DNA from: Chiloscyllium plagiosum
Lineage: Eukaryota
Reading direction: 5' to 3'
Assembly (NCBI RefSeq): GCF_004010195.1
Contig: NC_057711.1
Coordinates: 69,702,796-69,766,795 of the forward strand
DNA: 64,000 nt
In this document: positions 1 through 9,900 of the stretch, in pieces
Position numbering within the stretch: the stretch's first letter is position 1
How the letters are laid out: each line of letters begins with the position of its first letter
Notes under the pieces: generated by a model
The model's database searches: none
Seen by the model: the letters and a program-made list of their open reading frames with translations, nothing else
Told to the model about the DNA's origin: nothing
Made by a program: the position numbers and the translations under genes

Positions 1-1781
1 TGGACTACAGTCATTCAAGAAAGCTGCTCACCACCACCCTCTTAAGAGCAAGTAGGGATGTGCAATAAATGCTGGACCAGTCTTAAGATCCACGACAATA
101 GTTTTTGGATAATTTCATAATTTCATGGGAGGAAAGCTCACTGGTGCAGAGACATGACCAATTTGCTGTGAGCTTAATATTATTAAGCTGTAATCATATT
201 GTGGCCCCAATAACTTTACCTTCTTGAGATATGGTAAAATGAACATTTGGAAATGAGCTGTTGTAACAATAAAAGGTATTGTAGATTAAGGAACAATTTA
301 TATTTTTTTACATGCATGGTCAGAGAGAGGTTGTTTGTCTTCTGCACATATTTACATTCTATCTGTCAAATAGTGGTTTGAAATAGTGGAGACACTACAT
401 CACATGTAGTGTACATGGAGTCACAGCTGTTACTGTTTTCCATAATTTATTTGTTTGTTAAGGGTACCAATTAAATAGTTACTATTATGTTGTGTGCTTT
501 TTTTTGCCTCACCTAGGTTTATTTTCTTTTGTGCATTAGATGCAGTGAAATTTTTATAAACAGACATGATTTTTTTAAAAAATATGATACAAGGGAGAAA
601 CTTGATATCGCTTCAAATCCTTGAGTCAATGGCATAGATTCTTTGTCTCATTCTGCTCAATTTTGTGATGTTAACCAACATATTTCTGGGTGCATCATCA
701 CTGTACAATCTGGATAAAATGAACGGATTGGCATATATTTTACTTGTAGTAATTAGTTGGCATCTGGCTTTCTACATTTATAATAGTATAATGCAATACA
801 TACAGGAACAGGCCCTTCAGCTCACCAAGCCTGCACCAATTCCCAATCCTTAGTAAACCTATTACTTATTGCCCATGCATGGTATCCCTCTGTTTGCATC
901 ATGTTCATGGATCTATCAAAATATGCTTTAAATGTTGCTTACATGCCTGCTGACACTACCTCCACTGGCAGTATGTTCCAGGCACCCACCCCCTCTCTGT
1001 GTGAAAAATTTTCCCCAGACTTCTCCCCTAAACTATTTGCAAAAGAGTTGTTCCATTGGACAGGTTCCTTTGGGAATCACTCTCTACTTTTGCTTTTAAA
1101 GGTGAAAAATAAGTATTATGATCACACAGTAACCACCTGCCAATATCCCCATAAGAATGCATATACACAGACACTCTTGTTTGCACTTAACAGAGGAACC
1201 ATCCTTGGGGAATCTTTGCTTTCCAAAAGCAAAACAGTAGTGACATGATAGGTTACTGAAATTTTATGACTGTCAAAATCGCTGAGTGTACAAAGAGCCT
1301 TAGATTGTATCCACATTGCTTCTTTGATCAAAGTCAAGAAGTAAATGGACAGGAAAAGATGCAGCATGTTTGTGACCAGAAACATCATCCTGCTTGTTTC
1401 CCTAAGAGCTACAATACCTTTAGGAATCTGAGGTGCTGGTACAAGGGCATGCTTCAGTAATGATACAAACAAAATAAACCATAGACCAGTTAGTCTGAGT
1501 TAGCACCTCTGTGTAAATTTATTTCTGCCTTGGTACTAGTTTCAGGCACTGCCTCCAAACAAATAATGATCATTGGAAACTAAGACTGAATGGTTCCAAC
1601 TAAATAAATGAAAACATAAGACTTCTTTGTATGCAAATCCCAATTGCTTGGAAGGCAGAAAAGAGAACCCTTTGAATCTAATTGGCCAATTTCTCCACTT
1701 TCTGTTGGAACATTTATGGATGGGGCACATTAGTGTTAGGGCTTTTTTAAAGGATGTCTCGGTTACAGCTGTTTCTGGAAC

Positions 1782-2065
1782 TGCCACGTGTTTTATCATA
1801 TTATATATGCAGGGAACACACTCATTCTCTCATCCCACCCCAAAGGACACTACTGACAATTTATTTCCCAATGCAGTGCTTTCACATATATTTAATTTTT
1901 TAAACCTCAAAGAGATGGATCCATCTGTCAAAGCACAACATTTGTTGATTTGATGGTGAGCAATGATTCCTTCTTCACATACCACTATTGTCAGTAGTGT
2001 CCTTTGGGGTGGGATGAGAGAATGAGTGTGTTCCCTGCATATATAATATGATAAAACACGTGGCA
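1782..2065. repeat. Perfect 79-bp inverted repeat (arms 1782-1860 and 1987-2065, 126-bp spacer)
   Basis: Compared base by base; the arms are exact reverse complements. Confidence 0.95.
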
Positions 2066-2871
2066 CTTCAATTGTACACTGTTCTTCACCTTATATTCTC
2101 CCCTCTGTATTTTACTCCAATGCCCCTATGTTTAATACCCAGTATTGCTGTTTAGGATGGGAGTAAATAAAAGCATGTGCTGTGAAGTGCTGGTATGCCT
2201 AAATGCAGACAGGACTCTCATTCCACGACTTTCACTTCTAGAACAAGAGAGATTAAAATGGTTCCAAAGCTTGACATTTTCACTGGAAGGTATGACATTA
2301 GAGGAGTATGACAAAATAATGTCGTGCATAAATACAGACTGCATTTAGACAGAATCCTCAATACAATATATCATTCCAAGATGTTTCACAGGAGCATAAT
2401 CAATATATTAGGACCAAAAGTTTAGTCAAAGCAGTAGATTTTAAACAGTGAAAGGAGAGTTAGTGCTTAGCATCGAGATAGCTAAAGACATACCTTCTCA
2501 TGAGGCAACAGAGAAAATAGGGGTTGCTCATGAGACCAGAATTGGAGCATCAGCAAGCGTAGAGATGGGAAGTAGAACAGGACTTGTGTGTTAAGATATT
2601 AATCTCAGAGTTTTGCATTTATCTGGCTGAATCTGCCAGATAAATGTTCCAGTTTCTTTGTAGAGTCTTTCCAACATCTGGCTAGTTCAGTGTGATGTGA
2701 GTCTGAATATTAATGAGACAAGTTGAGACGTTAACAAGGCATTAAATAAGCAATAATGATCATCAATTGTCAACCAACCACCAAAGCCTACCAAGAATCT
2801 TGCTTATGAAAAGCATGCAAAATGAAGCAAGATGTACTCGACTTTGAGATGAACTATGGGAAGATGAGCTA

Positions 2872-3296
2872 CAGCGTTTGAGCTATAGGGAGAGGCTGAA
2901 TATGCTAGGGCTGTTTTCCCTGCAGTGGCAGAAGCCTAGGGGTGACCTTATAGAGTGGCATGGATATGGTAAATAGACAAGGTATTTTCCCTTTTCTGGG
3001 GCAGTTCAGAACTAGAGGGCATAGTTTATGGTGAGAGGGGAAAGATTTAAAAGGGGCAAAGTTTTCACACAGAGGATGGTGTGTGTATGGAATGAGCTGC
3101 CAGAGGAAGTAGTGGAGGCTGGTATAATTACAACATTTAAAAGGCATCTGGATGAGTACATGAATAGGAAAGGGTTTAGAAAGATATGGGCCAAGTGCTG
3201 GCAAATGGGATTAGGTTAATTTAGGATACCTGGTCGGCATGGACGGGTTGGACCAAAGGGTCTGTTTCCATGCTGTACATCTCTATGACTCTATGA
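2872..3296 (+). mobile_element. CR1-type LINE 3' fragment
   Basis: ORF remnant [33 protein letters not shown]; ends in a ctctatga tandem tail. Confidence 0.85.
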
Positions 3297-3598
3297 GCCT
3301 CACTACACTTGTTGCTGGATTCTGCCACACATCTCACCAAAGCCTACAATGCTCAGATCCCATTGGATTCCACCCTTTGTTTTGAGATTTGCAAGCAAGA
3401 GCTGGTTAAGTACAGTCAGTATTCCACCTTTTGGATACAACCAAAATATTGTGCAATTTATTACACTCCATTTGAGGCTTAAGGCTTAATTACCTGGCAT
3501 CACACCAGCAGTGAACTCATGTACCATATTACTCATTTGCATGGTAGGCAGACTGTCATTTTGGTCTTATGGCAACAACCTGGTTAAATAAATTACCA

Positions 3599-3730
3599 GG
3601 TGAAAAGTGAGGACTGCAGATGCTGGAGACCAGAATTGAAAAAATGTGGTGCTGGAAAAACACAGCAGGCCAGGCAGCATCCGAGGAGCAGGAGAATTGA
3701 CGTTTCGGGCATAAGCCCTTCTTCAGGAAA
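3599..3730 (-). mobile_element. Penelope-like terminal-repeat insertion (family A) with hammerhead core
   Basis: Same sequence as the 3' terminus of the 28626-31122 element; 14-bp TSD taaataaattacca at 3585-3598 and 3731-3744. Confidence 0.88.
3699..3726 (-). ncRNA. Minimal hammerhead ribozyme core (family A)
   Basis: Minus strand reads CTGAAGA-A-GGGC-TTAT-GCCC-GAAAC-GTC: both conserved boxes, 4-bp stem II, palindromic ACGT stem III, GUC site. Confidence 0.75.
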
Positions 3731-3804
3731 TAAATAAATTACCACTCATGTTGCTTCTGCAGAGATGAGTTTGGTTTCAGTTACACTATGCACGCCCGCA
3801 TAGA

Positions 3805-4770
3805 CAACTTTGCAGGAGTTCCTCAGAGAAGTGTCCTTGGTTCAACCATCGTCAGCTACTTCATCAATGACCTTCTGTCTACAATAAGGCCAGAAATGGG
3901 GATGTTCATTGATGATTGCACAATGTTTATCACCTTTCATGACTCCTCAGATATTGAAACAGTACATTTTATACCTTACCCCATAACATTCAATTGTATT
4001 ACCATCACTAAATCTCTCAATAACAACATCATGTGGGTTCCCATTCAGCATAAACTGAACTGGGCTAGCCATTTAAATATACTGGTTTGAATAGCGGTCA
4101 AAAGCTAGGATTACTTCAAACAGTAACTCACTTTCCAAATGTTGGTCCACCATCTACATGAGAAAAATGAGCAATGTTACAGAATAGTACTCACTTGTCT
4201 GGATGAGAACTGCTCCAACAACTCTCAAGAAACTTGTCATTATTCAGGACAAAGCAGCCCCTATGATTGGCACTGCATCCATTCCCATCACCACCTCTCA
4301 ATAGCAAAGTTAAAAATCACACAACACCAGGTTATAGTCCAACAGGTTTAATTGGACTATAACCTGGTGTTGTGTGATTTTTAACTTTGTACACCCCAGT
4401 CCAACACCGGCATCTCCAATAGCAACAGTGTGTACCATCTACTGCTGAACTGATGCACTGCAGAAATTCACCAGAGTGCCTTGAACTGCACCTTCCAAAC
4501 TCACTATCACTATGAGGATAAGGGCAGCAGAACATGCAACCACTTGCAGATTTCCTCTCAGTCATTTACGATCCTGTCTTGTAAATATATTGTTGTTCCT
4601 TCAGTGTTCCTGGGAATTCTGTCCCTAACAGTGTTGAGGCTCTACTTACAGCATATGGACTGCAGCAGTTCAAGAAGGCAGCCCATCACCGCATTGTCAA
4701 GGGCAACTCGGGAGAAGCAATAAATGCTGGCCAGTCAGTGATGTTCACGTACCACGTGTGAATAAAGGTT
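3805..4770 (+). mobile_element. Degenerate L2/CR1-clade LINE RT and 3' fragment
   Basis: RT remnant GVPQRSVLGS...YFINDL...MFIDDC; 3' tail gcaataaatgctggcc is shared with the fragments at 1-80 and about 40800-40910. Confidence 0.75.
4306..4416. mobile_element. Fold-back Penelope-like terminal fragment (family B) inserted in a LINE
   Basis: Perfect 37-bp arms at 4306-4342 and 4352-4388; TSD caatagcaa at 4299-4307 and 4417-4425; same sequence as 5783-5950. Confidence 0.8.
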
Positions 4771-5782
4771 GTCCCCAATTTACATCTATTATGGACTTGG
4801 GTTAGCAGAAAGCACTGTGAGCAGGTTAAGCATAAACTTAACATGAACAATAATTCAAGTCTATCCATAGACAAAAGCATATATATTAATTTTCAGTATA
4901 TAACTCTGCCAGATGAAACTCTAACAACTTCTTAAATACCTACGAGCACATTCAGACAGATACAGGCAAACGAGGCAGCTGCCAGAATCGAAGGAACCCC
5001 AAGGCAGACTGCAAAACAACAGGCTAAATACACGATACCCTCCACCCCCAGCGTAGACAAAAGCGAGCAGTCGCCACGACCAGCAACATGCTATGATCCG
5101 GCGCAGGAATCACATGGCGCTGGCCACCACCATGCACAGAGAGAAAGGATGAAATGACATTGAGCCTAGCCAAACCCACATTTGGCCAGCTGGGGGGAAT
5201 GACCTACAGATATCCAAGAAGCACAGGTTCACTGAGCAATTCTCTGAATACACTGCAAAGTGTGTACCACAAGAAGAGGTGCAGACCCCCAAAATAACTT
5301 TGGTATGTGCAAATTTGCAAAGGTTACCCTAGCCCTGACCCTGGCAGTCCGCACCCCCTCACCTACCCTGTTCTCAGATGTGGCATTATATGAGGGACTG
5401 TAAGTATGATATAACATTTTTTTCTTTTATATTTTAAAATGTATATTATAAAAATTCATTTACTGATGCAGGATCTTAGCCATTTGAAGTGCGCGTGGTA
5501 CTGAATCAACTTAACTGATATATTTTCTCTCTGCTAAGGAGGGCCCTGCAGAACCTAACTCCTCTTTCACACGATCAATTTTTCACTATAGACTCGATTT
5601 TCAGGAACGCAACCGTAACCAAAATCTGGTAAACACAACTGTGCCGATGTTCATTTGGTTGGCACTTGTCAGCGCTGGGTATGAATGTGAGGGGTGATGA
5701 AGGGTTTTTGCCCGAAATGTCGATTTTCCTGCTCCTCGGATGCTGCCTGACCGGCTGTGCCTTTCCACCACCACACTAATCT

Positions 5783-5950
5783 AAGTTAAAAATCACATAA
5801 CACCAGGTTATAGTCCAACAGGTTACTTGGAAGCACACTAGCTTTCGGAGCGTCGCTCCTTCATCAGATTAAACCTGTTCGACTATAACCTGGTGTCATG
5901 TGATTTTTAACTTTGTACACCCCAGTCCAACACCGGCATCGCCAAATCAT
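5783..5950. mobile_element. Nested fold-back family B Penelope terminal repeat
   Basis: Inverted arms at about 5783-5824 and 5872-5913; 11-bp TSD cac(a/t)ctaatct at 5772-5782 and 5951-5961. Confidence 0.8.
5839..5867 (-). ncRNA. Minimal hammerhead ribozyme core (family B)
   Basis: Minus strand reads CTGATGA-A-GGAGC-GAC-GCTCC-GAAAG-CTA: 5-bp stem II, palindromic AGCT stem III, CUA site. Confidence 0.75.
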
Positions 5951-6479
5951 CACTCTAATCTTGATTCTGATTTTCAGCATCTGCAGTCCTCACTTTTGCC
6001 TATGAATATGGATATACTTAAAATTAAAATATCTGGCTGATATCCAACTGAGTGACATTGTTGATGGTGGTAGCAGTGAGATGGATGTGTGATGATCTGG
6101 AATTTTATAATTCAGAGCTGGTCAAGGACTTTGGACAATGTTACAATGCCAGCGAGGAAACTGATCACTGACCTCAGTGAAACATGTGCCATTGCTGCTG
6201 AGGTCATGAGAAGTAACTGAGACATAGGATGCAGTTTTTTTAAAAATAAAGTACCCAGACCTGTAAGCTGAAATGCCTTTTAGAATTGAGAATCTTCTTT
6301 TTATTTCAATCAGAAAACGACAATGGATAATTTAAACAAAAACAAGAAAAATTGTAAAGACACCTATTTCGCCATTAGTATGGCAAAACCTTTCTCCTTG
6401 GAGTTTATACAGAGGTGTTCGAGATAAAGAAAAACATGTTAATATTCTCTCTGAGTTCTGGTTGTAACATTGGTGCCCA

Positions 6480-6945
6480 ATGCGGAAGTCAGGACAATGG
6501 AACGTTTGTCGGCAACATTCCAAACGCGCGCCTCGAGGTTCCGCACGTCATGCGGAGGCTGCACGTGACTGGGGCGATGACGTGTCCCGGCGCGAGCGGT
6601 ATATGTGGCGGGGGTGTAGGGGTAGGTGGAGGTCACATGACTTGCGAACTTGCTCAGCAGAGTGAAGATGGCGGCCGAGAGAGAACCTCCTCCGTTTGGA
6701 GACGGGGATGTGGAAGCAGAGGGTGATGACTTGGAGTTCAGGGAAGCAGAAGGGGGCGAAGATCTGTTCGTCAGTACTACTAGCACTCTGGAGGTGAGTG
6801 CTTCGGCTGCAGTATGTTGTGTGAATAATAAAGGCGATGTCCCGGCCTGGGGCTGGGCCGACTCTTGGTTAGTGCAACACCGTCTCCCACCCGGGGTTTC
6901 TCGGTTAATAGGAATCCGCGATGCTCATCGTCGTTAGTTGACGTT
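6480..6945 (+). promoter_or_regulatory. CpG-rich SNX2 promoter/first-exon region
   Basis: Dense CpGs against a CpG-depleted background; CACGTGAC 6562-6569; GTCACATGAC 6632-6641; inverted TGACGTG pair at 6544-6551 and 6577-6584; YY1-type AAGATGGCGGC over the ATG (6665-6675). Confidence 0.8.
6668..6793 (+). CDS. SNX2: SNX2 exon 1 (coding part, 126 nt)
   Basis: aagATGGCG start; [42 protein letters not shown]; donor GAG|gtgagt. Confidence 0.96.
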
Positions 6946-9900
6946 AATTCTTCACTGGGCTAAGCAGAGACCTTCGAATGGCGTTGCTTTCCTACAAGAT
7001 TTAAAGCTTAAAAAGCTGTTTTTTGGTTTGGTGACAACATGACTTGGACGTAATGAACTTGTCCTGGAATTATTGCGCATGTCAGAACAATGTTACACTC
7101 ATTAAGATAGAAATGCTATCTTGTCATTTGAGGGTTTACTCGTTATGTTTCCAGTGCTATTGGTATTTCTAAGGTTCTTGCACATAATTGATTAAAATCT
7201 GGTTGAGTGTTTACTGATCTACACTCTTATTCAAATCTATTGCTTTTTTGCCAGCTTGGTATGGCAAATTTGAATTGTAAAAATTTAGTTTACAATTTAT
7301 ATTAATATGTTGTACTTTAAAACCAGATGTAGCAATCAAATGAAACTAATTTTTAAAAATGTAAAACAGAGCTTCTGTTTAAAAGGTAGTGATATGAGCC
7401 AAATGTAGGCAAATGGGGCTAGTTTAGTTTGGGAAATCTGGTATGGATGAGTTGGGTTGAAGGCTCTATTTGTTTTGTGACTTACTGCACTGAGTGGGAC
7501 AGTGGAGATGTTTTAAAAATCTCTTTAGAGGAAATGAATGATTTTTAAAACTAAAGCTCTTTAGGGGATGTGAAACTAGAATTGGATCATGTGGTTATCT
7601 TGATCATATGGTGACTACTTCACTCAAGTTTAAAAACACATCTCTCCCATTACCTGCAATGTGCAGTAATTATCTCAAGACTGATCCTGGATTTCCCAAA
7701 GTTGCCATGTTTTGATTGGATCACTCAATTGAAAGTTAAGTCTAATAAAGTCCAATTTAGCTTTCATCGACTTGAAATTTCATTCCTTACTAAATGACAA
7801 ATTGGTTCAAATTACAGTAGAAGGTAGTCTTCAGAATATGTATTCAAAACTTCATGTTGAGTTCAAAATTGTTTTTATGGGTCCAGAAGTGTTCCTTTTT
7901 TTGACAGCTGTTTTTAATATAGTAAAGCTATTAAATAAATATCTGGAGTTTGGAAATGTAGTATATAGGGAGGGAGAAAGTGTCAAATTTTTTGAAGGCA
8001 TCAGTTTCCTAATTCCTCTTTAAATTATTGTTTGTCCCCTCCTCTGACTATTTACTGGATTTTTTTTTCTGAGATGAGGCATCCTCATCTCCTCTTTCTG
8101 TTTTCTGCTGTTTAAATGGCTAAGGTCAGCAGTTAAACTTTGAGACCCTGAGCTTGGAAATAGCTTCCTGAGAGAAGTTATTGGTGGTGATGATATCCCA
8201 TTATACCTGTCATTATGTATAACAGCAAATTGGATGCTTGCCTGAAACTGTATCACAGAACTGTATGTGAACTTGATTCCTTTTATGTATCAAGGACTTC
8301 TTAAATGTTTTTAACTTGTGCAATATTGTCTTTGCCAATTGGTAGAATGCTTGCATTCTCTTTCCCTTACAACTGGAAATTTGTATGCCCTGATGGTACT
8401 TGGCCTTCACAGGTAATTGGTGTAATAGTTGGAAAGGTTGTTGCCTTTCACGTTGGGTTAATGTGAAAACACAATGCTACTAAATTATAGTAGACACTCC
8501 TATTTGAGGAAAAATGCTTGTTTTTGTTCATTGCTGTTGTGGCTTGCAGTTTTGTTGATTTACTTTGTTGCAAAAGCTGTTGGTTGTATGCCTAACTTTT
8601 TTTAGTCTTGACTAATCTTGTTACTACAGATGTTTTTACTCAGATAATGTGGCTCTGGCATTGAGTTTTGGTGTATAGTTACCTTGTAGTTATCTTTAGA
8701 GGGAGCTTTGACTTCCTGTTTCTGTATGCAGTCCTTGATCTGAGTATAATTATTGAAATATTTTTATTTATTTATTTATTTATTTATTTGTTCACTAAGT
8801 GCAGTGCAATCTTAACTGAAAATGTGTTGCTGGAGAAGCGCAGCAGGTCAGGCAGCATCCAGGGAACAGGAGAATCGACGTTTCTGGCATAAGCCCTTCA
8901 GGCTTATGCCCGAAACATCGATTCTCCTGTTCCCTGGATGCTGCTTGACCCGCTGCGCTTCTCCAGCAACACATTTTCAGCTCTGATCTCCAGCATCTGC
9001 AGACCTCTTTCTCCCCAGTGCAATCTTAAGCTGACTAGCAAGCTCCAATTTGTTTAATGTTAACATCTGAGTAACACATTCTGCTTAAACTTCTGCACAT
9101 GTCAAATAACACTGCCTTTCTGACTAGTGTGTAGTTGAGTAAACTTGCTTTGTTTGAATAACTGGAGTTACAGGTAAAAACGAGAACTGCAGATGCTGGA
9201 AACCAGAGTCTGGATGAGTGGTGCTGGAAAAGCACAGCAGGTCAGGCAGCATCGAAGGAGCAGGAAAATCGACATTTCAGGCCAAAGTCCTTCATTAAGA
9301 ATAGCGAGGCAAGGAGCCTGCAGGGTGGAGAGAGAAATGGTGGGGGTGGGGAGAAAGTAGAGTACAGTAAGTGACTGGGGATAGGAGTGGAGTGGAAAGG
9401 AAGATGGGACAGGTCATCGAGATGGTGCTGATCTGGAAGGTTGGAACTGGGGTAAGGTGGGGGCTAGGGGAAATGAGGAAACTGGTGAAGTGTTCTGAGG
9501 TGGAAGATGAGGCTTTCTTCCTCCAGGCATCTGGTGAGGGAGCAACGGTGGAGGAGGCCCAGAGCCTGCATATCCTCGGCAGAGTGGGAGGGTGAGTTGA
9601 AAAGTTGGGCCACAGGGCAGTGGGGTTGATTGATGCAGATGTCCTGGAGGTGTTCTCTAAAGTGCTCTGCGAGGAGGCATCCAGTCTCCCCAATGTAGAG
9701 GAGACTGCATCGGGAGCAACAGATACAATAAATGACATTGGATGTGGAAGGCTCCTTTGGGGCCTTGTCCAGGGAACAGGAGATTCGATGTTTCGGGCAC
9801 AGGCCCTTCTTCAGGAATATCAGGAGATTCGAAGTTTCGGCCGCAGGCCCGTCTTCAGGATGAAGGGCCTGTGCCCGCAACGTCGAATCTCCTGTTCCCT

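Larger units (their letters stand above)
5690..6000 (+). mobile_element. Family A Penelope terminal repeat, split by a nested family B insertion
   Basis: Decayed core gTGATGA-A-GGGT-TTTT-GCCC-GAAAT-GTC at 5694-5721; ends cagcatctgcagtcctcacttttgcc; near-TSD tatgaat(g/a)tg at 5680-5689 and 6001-6010. Confidence 0.8.

Noticed and set aside
4306..4388. miRNA-like perfect hairpin or MITE (also 8816-8985 and 51520-51548)
   Set aside because: Explained by inverted Penelope terminal fragments: asymmetric ends, long variable TSDs and shared family sequence.
6415..6937. Several overlapping 60-115 aa ORFs around exon 1
   Set aside because: By-products of GC-rich promoter DNA. Only 6668-6793 matches a known protein and ends at a splice donor.
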